A DNA stretch of 64,000 nt from Acidobacteriota bacterium (GCA_014584695.1 JACTMI010000012.1:40097-104096), one strand, 5' to 3'; counted from the first letter of the stretch, positions 43,701-55,027 are shown. Program-made: numbers and translations. The notes: generated from the sequence alone by a model not told the origin.

Positions 43701-44860
43701 CCGGCCGCGGCGAGGGGTTGCGCCGCACGGCTTCGCTGCAGGGCCGCGGCGGCATGGCGCAGGGCAACGTCCACTGGAGCGGCAACTTCGACGAGATCCA
43801 GGACTTCGAGAACGACATCCGCTTCGCCTTCGGCGGCACCGGCTTCATGGCCGAGAGCGATTTCGTCGCCACCGAACACCCGCTGGGCCCCCCCAAGGCC
43901 GGTCTCTCGGCGGCGCTCGACGCGCTCGCCGACTACGTCACTTCGCTGGTCGCGAGCTTCCTGCCGCGCAGCCCGCATCGCCAGAGCGACGGCGCGATGA
44001 CGGCGCAGGCGGTCGCCGGCCGGGCGCACTTCGTCGCGCTCGGCTGCGGCTCCTGCCACGCGCCTCCCGGCTTCACCGACTCGACGGTGGGCGCGGCGAC
44101 CCTGCACGACGTCGGCACCCTCCGCTCGACTTCGGGCGGGCGGCTGGGCGGACCGCTGCCGGGCATCGACACGCCGACGCTCGCCGGGTCGTGGGCGGCG
44201 GCGCCGTACTTCCACGACGGCTCGGCGGCGACGCTCGAGGAGGTCTTCCGCGTCGCCGGCGGCGAGGTCGTTCCGGCCGAGAGCGGCACGCCCTCGTTCG
44301 GCGCCCAGATCGTCGCCCAGTACGTCGATCTCAACAACGACGACACCGTGCGCGGCCGCGCCTACGTCGAGCTCGACCAGACCGGCGAGCGGGTGACCTT
44401 CTCGGGCGTCGACGGCGGCGCGGGTGGCACCGGCGCCTTCGAGCTGCGCTACAGCAGCGGCAACGGCGCGACTCCGATCGAGGTGCGGGTCAACGGCGTC
44501 GTCCACAGCGCCTCGCTGCCTTCGGCGCAGAACTCGACCTCGTGGTGGCACCGCAACTGGCGCCAGGCGCGCCTCGAGGGGATCACCTGGAACGCCGGCG
44601 CGGCCAACACGGTCGAGGTGCGCGTGACCGGTCAGTTCCCCAGCCTGTCGCTCGACGAGGTGCTGGTTTCGACCGCCGACGATCTGGCGGCCGCGGCCCC
44701 CCACCGCGCCGCCCTCGCGCTCACGCCCACCCAGCGCAGCGAGCTGATCGCCTTCCTGCGCCAGCTCGACGGCACCCCCGGCGAGCATCCCGACGCCCCC
44801 CTGTTCGCCGACGGCTTCGAGAGCGGTGACTCGGGCGCCTGGTCGGTGCAGGTGCCCTGA
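40727..44860 (+). CDS. 1377-aa exported multidomain protein: LVIVD-like propeller, Ig-like, PKD, YVTN-type beta-propeller, di-haem cytochrome c peroxidase (CCP/MauG-like), and a CBM-like domain
   Basis: The signal peptide is ...LRTLAALALGFTAAAAPAQ. LVIVD-like repeats include MRVVDATDPSNLALVADV. The PKD domain is YRFDFGDGSPKTAW...GHYRATVQVRDPAG. Propeller repeats include LYVTLSGPGELRRFD and ILVTRF. The haem sites are CATCH (nt 43649-43663) and CGSCH (nt 44045-44059), with the CCP-like APYFHDGSAATLEEV. The C-terminal tail is LFADGFESGDSGAWSVQVP. Confidence 0.85.
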   Translation: MTTLHLERRPGTSARSGLRTLAALALGFTAAAAPAQVGPPVVPGFPNVPQTAGAILSGLNAPQQGRTAILAYHNGVLFTVPELPASQPGSDFQVRTWSLVNPAAPVELATWGISPMPINAHGYFQSGEYLILGSNWPPEAPWSFRAQGVHGLQRTEFPGLLCAGVRGCLFQPWFVGDTWWSYGAISGLATISRGNFNPIAQWDHLGLTGVVGHPFLIGDLLIFASDQSRTGVATYDVSNPAQPVLLDVLTTGGPGGYWPEIWGGDGKLYVVFPYRENGNGMRVVDATDPSNLALVADVSLPGDEAMYAQFQDEYAFIGSHKVDLRTFQSVLNLNGATTVRPNDGGVGIDTSQFALPLGNLLVTGGVGPHQGMAIWAHQAEPDTRGPSVGFHIPQAGRTHYPVGAPITLLIHETLETFTIVNGETFIVRPLGGAPIAGRLTFAFDDVLTFTPNQPLAPDTTYEVVIPAGGIKDAAGNGIAGTAWTFSTGGSVGGNAAPAVNLFDAGPYPAAPGESVTFTAAATDPEGQPLEYRFDFGDGSPKTAWSAASGAARAYAASGHYRATVQVRDPAGAIASRSRTVTVVVPPAAARPTQSAQVVCDAAARTVWTVNRDAGTVARVDVDTLAVDFEVPACADPRAVALAATGELWVACAGDDRLRVLDGTTGAPLASISTGYGSAPVGVAASPSGATLYVTLSGPGELRRFDAASRAQTGVVAVGPWPRAIAVTPDGARILVTRFLSPRDWAEVYEVAAGPFTLTRTFRLHKLGGDANRDTTAAGRGTPNFLADIAVSPDGSQAWVAATKPNVERGLLIGPDLDSDNTVRSTLVALDLTTNQVGDTIDVDNSDSPAALAYSPLGDYLFVALQGNDQLVVLDALAFGTSTGLGAQVTRLATGAAPQGICADAVTHRLFSADFLGRTLTAIEAAPLFLAGEKNLAATAIATQAVEPLPPTVLAGKRIFYFASDPRMSPEGYLSCATCHVDGGTDGRVWDFTGRGEGLRRTASLQGRGGMAQGNVHWSGNFDEIQDFENDIRFAFGGTGFMAESDFVATEHPLGPPKAGLSAALDALADYVTSLVASFLPRSPHRQSDGAMTAQAVAGRAHFVALGCGSCHAPPGFTDSTVGAATLHDVGTLRSTSGGRLGGPLPGIDTPTLAGSWAAAPYFHDGSAATLEEVFRVAGGEVVPAESGTPSFGAQIVAQYVDLNNDDTVRGRAYVELDQTGERVTFSGVDGGAGGTGAFELRYSSGNGATPIEVRVNGVVHSASLPSAQNSTSWWHRNWRQARLEGITWNAGAANTVEVRVTGQFPSLSLDEVLVSTADDLAAAAPHRAALALTPTQRSELIAFLRQLDGTPGEHPDAPLFADGFESGDSGAWSVQVP

Positions 44861-44891
44861 CGCGCGGCCGGAGGGAGCGGGTGCCGTCCGC

Positions 44892-46421
44892 TCACGGCGC
44901 GCCGGCGCGCCACCAGGCCAGGAAGCGCGCGCGGTCGAAACCCGCCGGGTCAGGAAACCGCCGTTGGAGGTCGGGGCGGAATCGGTGGAGGAGCAGCGCG
45001 GCGCGCGGGAGCGCGGACGCGCCGGTCTCCACGCGGCCGACCGGCTCGCCGAGCAGCGCCGCCGTCGGCGCTTCGGGCATGCGCGCGAGGGCCATCCAGA
45101 GGGCCGCGCGCGGGTCGCGGCGCTCGGGAGCGGCCCGGCGCGCCTCTTCCGGCGCGGCCGGGGCGATCTCCGCAGGGGGCGGTCCCACCCCGACAGCGCC
45201 GAGCAGGCGGGAGTCGAAACCAGCGTCGGCAGCCCCGCCGTGGTCGAGCAGCCAGGCGACGAACCCCGGCAGGTCCCGGCCGCAGGGATCGGGGAAGGCG
45301 TCGATCAGGTCCGTGCGGCTCTCCCAGAGCGCGAGAGCGGCACGCACCAGCGTGCCGCTGGGAAAGGCGAGCGGCTCGGTGAGCCAGGAGAGACACGAGC
45401 TTGCGCCCACCGGCTCGTAGGGATCGGGCCAACGTTCGCCGAGCGGATCGACCGCGGCCACCAATCGTCGGCAAGCCAGGGGGATCGAGAGATCCGTGCC
45501 GCGGAAGCGCGCGAGCCCGGGGTCGGGGGCCACCGCGCCCAGCCGCCCCGTTGCGGCTCGGACTCTGCGGCCATAGTCCTGGAGCAGGGGCCCGAGAGGC
45601 TCGGCGAAGCGTTCGTGCTCGGCAGCCAGATGGCGCGAAGGTCGTTCCGGTCGTGAGGGGTCGAAACCGGTGGCGTGGAGCAGTCCGACCGGGCGGCCGC
45701 CGTGGAACCAACCTTGCGGGCGCCGTTCGAGCGCCGCCTCGCCGACGTTCCAGTAGCCGAGGTGTGCCGCGGTCTCGCGCACGAAAGCCACCTCGTCGAC
45801 GAAGCTCGGCGCGAAGTCGAACCAGCTCTGGTCGTGCACCAATCCGAGCCAGGGGTCGAAGGTGCAGGCGCGCTCGAGCTGGCGCCGCCAGAAGGCCAGG
45901 AAGCGACGGCTCGACGGCTCGAAGCGGATGCCGAAGCAACCGGCCGAGAGCAGACCGGTGCGGCGCAGGAGGCCCTCCGGCGAGACGACCGGGGTCACCG
46001 GTGGAGCGCCGAGGATCGGGTTGACCGCCATGGCGTGCCGGTCGAGGGGCGCGAGAAACGGATCCAGGCGCCCGAGCGCGAGCGTGTCGGCGTCGAAGTA
46101 GAGCGCGCGCGAGCAGCCGAAGCCGGCATCCACCGCCTCGAGCAGGTGCGGCTTGAGCGCCGAAGCGAGCGCCATGGCGTCGTACCGGAAGGTCATCGCC
46201 GGTGACGGCGGATGAGGGAGATCTGCCAGCCCGAGCGCCCGGAAGGGCAGCTCGCCGGCCGGCGGCATGCGGGCGAGCCCGACCAGCAGCGCCACGATCT
46301 CCAGCTCGGGGTGCGCCGCGCGAATCGACTCGGCGGCCACCACCGCCCGGGCCAGGTATCTCGCGTCGGCGACGGTGCAGGCGACCGTCCGTCCGTTCAG
46401 CTTCAAGTCCTTCGACTCCAC
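44892..46421 (-). CDS. Glycosyltransferase (GT8-like nucleotide-diphospho-sugar transferase fold) with a long C-terminal extension
   Basis: This is the C-terminal 509 aa of track ORF 44892..47726. The protein begins VESKDLKLNGRTVACTVADARYLARAVVAAESIRAAHP... and carries a DxD-type motif, LYFDADTLAL. A GTG start at 46421 is assumed (19-nt overlap with the upstream GT1 gene), so the start is uncertain. Confidence 0.6.
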   Translation of the reverse strand: MESKDLKLNGRTVACTVADARYLARAVVAAESIRAAHPELEIVALLVGLARMPPAGELPFRALGLADLPHPPSPAMTFRYDAMALASALKPHLLEAVDAGFGCSRALYFDADTLALGRLDPFLAPLDRHAMAVNPILGAPPVTPVVSPEGLLRRTGLLSAGCFGIRFEPSSRRFLAFWRRQLERACTFDPWLGLVHDQSWFDFAPSFVDEVAFVRETAAHLGYWNVGEAALERRPQGWFHGGRPVGLLHATGFDPSRPERPSRHLAAEHERFAEPLGPLLQDYGRRVRAATGRLGAVAPDPGLARFRGTDLSIPLACRRLVAAVDPLGERWPDPYEPVGASSCLSWLTEPLAFPSGTLVRAALALWESRTDLIDAFPDPCGRDLPGFVAWLLDHGGAADAGFDSRLLGAVGVGPPPAEIAPAAPEEARRAAPERRDPRAALWMALARMPEAPTAALLGEPVGRVETGASALPRAALLLHRFRPDLQRRFPDPAGFDRARFLAWWRAGAP

Positions 46422-47686
46422 GGTCCTACGGCAGAGAAAGGAGAGACCGCGACCGCGGCGTCGACCGCGGCGCGCCAGTCGTGCTCGCGTTCGACCCGGA
46501 GACGGGCGGCGCACGCCATCGTCTCGCGGCGATCCGGCAGCGCGCGGAGGCGCTCGATCTCCGCGGGCCACTGCTCCAATTCGGCGACCGCCACTTCGGC
46601 GTCGGGCTCGAAACCGAGCCCGCGCAGACCGTGCGGTGTGGTGAGGACCGGCAACCCGGAGGCGGCGTACTCGAGCACCTTGAGCTGTGAGCCGGTGCCG
46701 GAGCACATCGGCGCCACGCCGAGGTCGGCGGTGGCGAGCTCGAACAGTTTGCAGGCCTCGCTCACCTCCCCGAGGGCCCGCACGCCGGAGCCGGAATCGT
46801 GGTCGCGGTCCGCGTGAGCCCGTCCCGCGGCGCCGAGCAGGCGCAGTTCGCAGCCGGTGAGCTCCCGCGCGTGGCGCCGCAGCCATTCGACGGCCTCGAG
46901 GTTGGGACCATGGTGCGTGCCGACGAAGAGCAGCACGAACGGGGGCGTCGAGCCCCGGGCCGCGCCGCCGTGGCGGTGGGCGCGCTCGGACGGCGGGGTG
47001 AACGGGATCGCGCCGGCATCGACGCCGTTGGCGAGCAGGGCCCATCGCTCCGCATCGCGACCGGAGCGGGCGGCGAGCGTCCGACCGTCCAGCGTGCTCG
47101 CCGCGGTGACCCAGGCGGCTGCGCGCCACGCTTCCGCCTCGAGCGCCGACAGGCGGTCGACCAGCGCCGCAACGAAGGGTCCGGGCGGCAGGAGCGAGCG
47201 CTTGAGCGCGCTCTCGTGGTCGGGGGCGTCGAGCCAGACCGGCGCCGAGCCGATGGCGGCCAGGGCTGGGTAGGCGTAGACGTGCGAAGCGAGGAGCAGA
47301 TCGGCCCGCCGGGCGGCGTCGGCCAGGGCCTCGAGGTACTCCGGCGCCAGGTCGAGCTCGAACGCCATCGCCAGGTCGCCCGCCGGCACGCCGCCCAGGC
47401 GATCTTCGAGCCGCCGCTGCGCGGCCTCGAAGCGCGAGCCCTTCGGCACGCACCGTTCGATCAGCCCCGGGGCGAGCTCGACGCGACTGGCGCGGCCGCC
47501 TGCCGGCGCCAGGCTCACGACCTCGACGTCGATCCGGGCGGCGAGCGCCCGGGCGACCTCGCGCAGGCGACGCCTGCCGCCGTCGCGGGGATCGGCGACC
47601 GGCGCCGGTGAGGCCGCCACCAAGCGCGGTCTGCCGTGCGCGCCGAGGCGAGCCCGGGGGGCGGAGGAGGTCGTCTCGAGCGTCAC
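46403..47686 (-). CDS. Glycosyltransferase family 1 (GT-B fold)
   Basis: 427 aa with a GTG start. The C-terminal half, FVLLFVGTHHGPNLEAV...KVLEYAASGLPVLTTPHGLRGL, is a typical GT1/GT4 nucleotide-sugar binding region. Confidence 0.75.
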   Translation of the reverse strand: MTLETTSSAPRARLGAHGRPRLVAASPAPVADPRDGGRRRLREVARALAARIDVEVVSLAPAGGRASRVELAPGLIERCVPKGSRFEAAQRRLEDRLGGVPAGDLAMAFELDLAPEYLEALADAARRADLLLASHVYAYPALAAIGSAPVWLDAPDHESALKRSLLPPGPFVAALVDRLSALEAEAWRAAAWVTAASTLDGRTLAARSGRDAERWALLANGVDAGAIPFTPPSERAHRHGGAARGSTPPFVLLFVGTHHGPNLEAVEWLRRHARELTGCELRLLGAAGRAHADRDHDSGSGVRALGEVSEACKLFELATADLGVAPMCSGTGSQLKVLEYAASGLPVLTTPHGLRGLGFEPDAEVAVAELEQWPAEIERLRALPDRRETMACAARLRVEREHDWRAAVDAAVAVSPFSAVGPWSRRT

Positions 47687-47831
47687 GGGGCGACAGCAAT
47701 CCTACGCGGTTCGTGCGCGGTGCCACGGGACCGGTGGGGCCAGCGCCGCCGACATCTCCAGCCGGCGATCCGCCGCCGCCGTTGCGTGATCTCTCACCCG
47801 CCGCCGTTATGGAGAGCGGAGGGAGACCGGA

Positions 47832-48470
47832 ATGGAGTCATCGACGCCGCCGCGACGCACCAGGGCAGGGTGGACGATCCGAGGTGCGGGAGCGCTGGCG
47901 CTGGTCGCGGCCCTCGGCGGCGCCGCGCCGCCGGCCGGGGCGACGGCGTCGCAGCTCGACCTCGAGATCGAGGCGGCGCTCGCCGAGCTGCCGCCCGAGC
48001 GTTGGGCCGAGACGATCCGCTTCCTCCTGGAGGCCCACCTCGGCACCCCGGGCGTTCACGCCGTCTCGCCGGGAAGCCTCTGGGACCGCGACGCGGCCTT
48101 GGACGAGCAGGCCTTTCCGGTGAGCCAGGGCTGCTTCCTGTCGGATGGAGGCTTCGGCGGCTGCGCCTACGCGCCGCTCCGATTCCGGCAGGGGTCGACG
48201 GTCACCGGACTCGTGATGCTCTTCGTCGACAACTGGAATGGCGAGGACTATCTGGTCGAGGTCCGCCGCAAGCGGACCGGGACCAACGACGCCTCGCAGG
48301 TCATGGCCTCGGCGGCGTCGAGCGGAGCCAGCCCGAGCCACCGGATCGCCACGGACCTGACCATCGACCACGCCCTGATCGACAACAGCCTCTACGCCTA
48401 CTTCGTCCGGCTCTGTCGCCCCTTCTTCGGCTCCCAGCTGCACGGCCTCTACCTGACCTACAGCCAGTGA
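47832..48470 (+). CDS. Exported hypothetical protein carrying one copy of an unrecognised ~120-aa domain
   Basis: The ATG is preceded by GGAGGGAG. The N-terminus PPRRTRAGWTIRGAGALALVAALGGAAPPAGA is signal-like, possibly Tat-like. The C-terminal domain GCFLSDGG...LRFRQGSTVTGLVMLFVDN...YLVEVRRKR...SSGASP...IDNSLYAYFVRL...LHGLYLTY is paralogous to both halves of the next gene. Confidence 0.6.
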   Translation: MESSTPPRRTRAGWTIRGAGALALVAALGGAAPPAGATASQLDLEIEAALAELPPERWAETIRFLLEAHLGTPGVHAVSPGSLWDRDAALDEQAFPVSQGCFLSDGGFGGCAYAPLRFRQGSTVTGLVMLFVDNWNGEDYLVEVRRKRTGTNDASQVMASAASSGASPSHRIATDLTIDHALIDNSLYAYFVRLCRPFFGSQLHGLYLTYSQ

Positions 48471-48481
48471 TCGAGAACCCC

Positions 48482-49467
48482 ATGCCCCGTCGTCTGGCCC
48501 TGCTTGCCACCCTCTCCCTGTTCGTGGCGTTCGGTTCCACTCCGCTCGCCGGCGAGCAGCTCGTCGTCGGCGCCGCGGACTTCCACTCGCGGATCCCGGA
48601 GGGTCACGTCTTCGACTCCGTCGCCGGCTGGATCGGAGGCGCCCTCACTACCGGCGGCGGCTGCCTGGTGGCGAGCGCCCCCCTGCCCCACCGCGCCCAG
48701 GTGAAGCAGCTGATCCTCCAAGTCTACGACAACCACGCGGCGCAGGATTTCCGCATCGAGCTCAAGCGGAAGCGGCGTGGCAACTCGGTGGTCGCCCAGA
48801 CGCTCGCCGGCGCCTCGACCTCGGGGGCGACGACCGCGGCGAGGGAGATCAACGTCGTGCTGCCCGACGGCGGCCATCTCGTCAGCGACGCCTTCGTCTA
48901 CTACCTCTCGACCGACGCGGACTGCCTCGATGGCACCAGCCATCGCATCCATGCGGTTCGGATCGACTACGTGCTACCGCTCTTCGCGGACGACTTCGAG
49001 TCCGGCGACACCTCGGCCTGGGGCGCGCCGCCCCAGACCCTGCACCACTACTGGGTGTCGGGCATCGACTTCAAGAACCTCCAGGGCTGGCCGTGGACGA
49101 TCGACACGACACTCGCCACCTTCTGGCTCGAAAACGCCATCAACTCGCCAGCGCCTTGCGCTCTGGCGCGCCTCGAGCTGCCGCACGGAGCGACCGTCGG
49201 CGGCATCCTCGCCAACCTGTGGGACGTGCGCAGCGACCGCAACCTGACGCTGAGTCTGCGCCGTTCGACGATGGCGAGCGCGGTGGTGCCCGCGGTTCTG
49301 ACCAGCGTGTCGACCTCCGGTCAGAACGGCTGGCAGCTCCAACTGAGCTTCACCGTCGCCAACGCGGTGATCGACAACGACACCTACTGGTACTGGCTCG
49401 ACGCCTGCATCACGGGTGGCAACCAGGTCGAATCGGCGCAGCTCGGTGTTCAGGCGGTGCAGGTCTT

Positions 49468-49483
<16 letters not shown>
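48482..49483 (+). CDS. Exported hypothetical protein with two copies of the same unrecognised domain, joined by an LFADDFESGDTSAW linker
   Basis: The signal peptide is MPRRLALLATLSLFVAFGSTPLAG. Copy 1 is GGCLVASAPLPHRAQVKQLILQVYDN...FRIELKRKR...STSGATT...SDAFVYYLS...IHAVRIDYV. Copy 2 is PCALARLELPHGATVGGILANLWDV...LTLSLRRST...STSGQNG...DNDTYWYWLD...VQAVQVFYS. Its 3' end overlaps the convergent kinase gene by 16 nt. Confidence 0.65.
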
Positions 49484-52199
<2,716 letters not shown>

Positions 52200-52203
<4 letters not shown>

Positions 52204-52784
52204 CCCGGGCCCAGCTCCAGCCAGAGCCAGGCGCGCGCCTTGCGCCACTCGGAGCTGACCGTGCGCACCGAAACACCGAGCGCCTCGGCGATCTCGGGCT
52301 CGGTCAGCCCGCCGAAGAACTTGAGCTCGACCACCCGGCCGGCGCGCTCGCTCTGCGCCGCGAGCCGGGCGAGCGCGTCGTCGACGGCGAGCACCAGCTC
52401 GCCGCGGTCGTCGACGGGAATCGCGCCCTCCTCGAGCTCGACCCGCAGGGCGCCACCGCCCCGCTTCTCCGCCACGCCGGCGCGGAAGTGGTCGACCAGC
52501 ACCTGCCGCATCACGCGCGCGGAGAGCGCCAGAAAGTGGGCGCGGTCGGTCGCCGTCAGCTCCGAGGCGTCGCAGAGCTTGAGGTAGGCCTCGTGCACGA
52601 GCTCGGTCGTCTGCAGCGCGCCGCCGCCGCTGCGGCGTCGCAGTTGCCGTCCGGCCAGCTCGCGCAGGGCGCCGTAGAGGCGCTCGAACAGCGCCACCCG
52701 GGCCGGCTCGTCACCGCCGCGCGCCTCGAGCAGCAGCTGCGTCGTGTCGCGTCGACCGTCGCCCTCCACCTGGATCGGGCTCAC
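52200..52784 (-). CDS. ECF-type RNA polymerase sigma factor of the kinase-associated class (TIGR02999 / ECF43-like)
   Basis: The N-terminus TQLLLEARGGDEPARVALFERLYGALRELA plus ELVHEAYLKL is typical of this subgroup. Region 4 is FGGLTEPEIAEALGVSVRTVSSEWRKARAWL. There is no adjacent anti-sigma gene; instead it is translationally coupled to a Ser/Thr kinase. Confidence 0.9.
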
Positions 52785-52852
52785 CGCCAGACCCTATCGC
52801 AGCGCCCGCGGAGGTCAGCGCGCGCGCCGGCTCGCGTCGCCGATCGCATAGA

Positions 52853-53728
52853 GTGAGCAGCCCGATGGGCCCCCCTGGCAAGCTCCGCGTCGTGCTCGAG
52901 ATGATCAAGTTCGAGCACACGCTGTTCGCGCTGCCCTTCGCGCTCGTCGGCATGGTGCTGGCGGCGCAGGGCTGGCCGGAGGCGCGGACGGTGGGCTGGA
53001 TCGTGGCGGCGATGGTCGGAGCGCGCTCGGCGGCGATGGGGTGGAACCGGCTGGTCGACCGCGACGTCGACGCCGCCAACCCGCGGACGCGGCAGCGCGC
53101 GCTGCCGGCGGGCCTGGTGACGCCGCGCTTCGTGGCGCTGTTCGTCGCCGCGAGCCTGGCGCTGCTGGTGCTCGCCGCCTGGCGGCTCAACCCGCTCTGC
53201 CTGGCGCTCTCGCCGCTCGCGATCCTGGTGCTCCTGGGCTACAGCCACGCCAAGCGGTTCACCTGGCTCGCCCATCCGCTGCTCGGCCTGGCCCTCGGCG
53301 GCGCGCCGCTCGGCGCCTGGATCGCGGTGCGCGGCGACGTCGCCGCGCCGCCGCTGCTGCTCGCGGGCGTGGTCGTCTGCTGGGTCGCCGGCTTCGACGT
53401 CCTCTACGCCCTCCAGGACGAGGAGTTCGACCGCCGCGCCGGCCTGTTCTCGATCCCGGCGCGCTTCGGTACCGTGGCTTCGCTCTGGATCTCGGGCGCC
53501 CTCCACCTGGGCGCGCTCGCCGGCCTGGCCGCGCTGCCGTTCGTCTACCCGCCCGGTCTGGGGGCGATCTACTGGGTCGGCGTCGGCGGCTGCGCGGCGT
53601 TGCTCGCCTACCAGCACGCCATCGTCCGGCCGAGCGATCTGTCACGGCTCGACGCGGCCTTCTTCACCGCCAACGGCCTGCTCGCCCTCTGGCTGTTCGC
53701 CGCCGTGGCGGCTGACCGGCTGGCCTGA
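52853..53728 (+). CDS. UbiA-family aromatic prenyltransferase (4-hydroxybenzoate polyprenyltransferase-like)
   Basis: Motifs MIKFEHTLFALPFAL, NRLVDRDVDAANPRT (NxxxDxxxD) and DVLYALQDEEFD. It has about 8-9 TM segments. The start may instead be the ATG at 52865. Confidence 0.85.
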   Translation: MSSPMGPPGKLRVVLEMIKFEHTLFALPFALVGMVLAAQGWPEARTVGWIVAAMVGARSAAMGWNRLVDRDVDAANPRTRQRALPAGLVTPRFVALFVAASLALLVLAAWRLNPLCLALSPLAILVLLGYSHAKRFTWLAHPLLGLALGGAPLGAWIAVRGDVAAPPLLLAGVVVCWVAGFDVLYALQDEEFDRRAGLFSIPARFGTVASLWISGALHLGALAGLAALPFVYPPGLGAIYWVGVGGCAALLAYQHAIVRPSDLSRLDAAFFTANGLLALWLFAAVAADRLA

Positions 53729-53738
53729 GCGCGCCCGC

Positions 53739-54788
53739 TCAGCGCTTCAGGTGGCGGCCGAGAAAGGCGTAGATCTCGCGCCGGCTCTCGCGCGCGAGCG
53801 CGGTGTCGATGCGGTTGAAGCTGTGGCCGCCGGGCGCGTCGTCGTAGATCTTGTGGCTGAAATCCTTGTCCGCCGCCCGGAGCGCGGCGATCAGGCTCTC
53901 GACCTCGACCACGTGGACGTCGCGGTCGTTGGTGGTCGAGTGGACGAGCAGCGGGCGGGTGAGCTTCTGGACGTTCCACACCGGCGAGCGCCGCCGGTAC
54001 TCGGCGACGTCGTCGACCGGCGCCTTGCCGATGTGGTAGTCGGCGGAGAAGAGCGCGAGGTAGCTCGAGTCGTGATAGCCGAGCCGCTGGATCAGGTCGG
54101 AGACCGGCACGCCCGCGTAGCCGGCCTGGAACTTGTCGGGGTGGTCGAAGAGAGCGAGCAGCGCGATCATGCCGCCGTGGCTCCAGCCCAGGATGCCGAC
54201 CCGGGAGCCGTCGATGAAGGGGAGCATCTCGACCGCCCAGTCGCGGCCGGCGACGACGTCGTCGACCTCCAGGCCGCCGTAGTCGATCGCCTCGTAGAAA
54301 CCGCGGCCGTAGCCGGTCGAGCCCCGGTACTCCGGCGCCACGACGACGTAGCCCAGGGCGACGAGCTCGCGCACGATATGGACGTAGTAGGTGGTGAAGT
54401 CGCCGTGGACGCCACCGTGGGGCAGCACCAGCAGCGGGTGCTTGCGGCCGCGGTCGAGCCCCTTGGGCACGAAGACGTACTGGTGGACCTTGAACGGATG
54501 GCGCTCGTTGGCGATGCCGAAGGTCGCCTCGCCGCGCGGGTTCGGCGGCCCCACGAAGGTCACCTTGTCGACCTCGGCGACGTCGCCCAGGCGCTGGAAC
54601 CAGAAGACGTCGTCGACCGCTTTGCGCACCTGGTCGAGCTCGAAAGAGAGCGCGGCGAGCTGGCGCTCGAGCGCGGCGACGGCGGGCTCAGCCTCGGCGG
54701 CGGCGGCGGCGGCGGCGAGCGGGGCGGCGAGCCCCACGGCGAGCGCGAGGGCGGCAAGCGAAGCGAAGCGTCGGGTGAGCATCGGCAC
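53739..54788 (-). CDS. Exported S9-family serine peptidase / alpha/beta hydrolase
   Basis: The signal peptide is MPMLTRRFASLAALALAVGLAAPLAAAAA. Motifs are VLPHGG, the nucleophile GWSHGG, and the C-terminal GGHSF. Confidence 0.85.
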   Translation of the reverse strand: MPMLTRRFASLAALALAVGLAAPLAAAAAAAEAEPAVAALERQLAALSFELDQVRKAVDDVFWFQRLGDVAEVDKVTFVGPPNPRGEATFGIANERHPFKVHQYVFVPKGLDRGRKHPLLVLPHGGVHGDFTTYYVHIVRELVALGYVVVAPEYRGSTGYGRGFYEAIDYGGLEVDDVVAGRDWAVEMLPFIDGSRVGILGWSHGGMIALLALFDHPDKFQAGYAGVPVSDLIQRLGYHDSSYLALFSADYHIGKAPVDDVAEYRRRSPVWNVQKLTRPLLVHSTTNDRDVHVVEVESLIAALRAADKDFSHKIYDDAPGGHSFNRIDTALARESRREIYAFLGRHLKR

Positions 54789-54976
54789 CTCCTGAGGACC
54801 GGTTCCATCTTAGGCGAGCCGAGGGGCCCGGGCTTGAGGGGGTCAACCGCGCAGGGGCTGGAGCTGTTGCGCGGCTCGGTTCCGGTGCGATGAGGGTGAC
54901 GCCGGCGATGGTCCTTTCCGCAGGGTGTATCGTGGCGACGAGACCCGTTCAGCCGGAGTCCGCCGCCCGTCAGGCC

Positions 54977-55004
54977 GAGAAGAGGAAGAAGAGGAAGAGG
55001 AAAG
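54977..55004 (+). repeat. 28-nt uninterrupted polypurine tract
   Basis: gagaagaggaagaagaggaagaggaaag contains only purines on the + strand. It lies about 24 nt upstream of the probable ATG (55028) of the island gene and is highly unusual in this GC-rich context. Confidence 0.9.
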
Positions 55005-55027
55005 TGGCGAGTATCCATACTTCGCCG

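Noticed and set aside
46422-47726. Reading 44892..47726 as a single 944-aa protein.
   Set aside because: The N-terminal ~430 aa are Arg-rich noise and overlap the GT1 gene (46403..47686), which has a recognisable GT-B C-terminal domain in another frame.
54890-55027. Track start at 54890 for the CarboxypepD_reg gene (N-terminus ...AEKRKKRKRKVASIH...).
   Set aside because: The Lys/Arg run is simply the translation of the polypurine tract. A signal-peptide-like segment follows the internal ATGs at 55028 and 55055.
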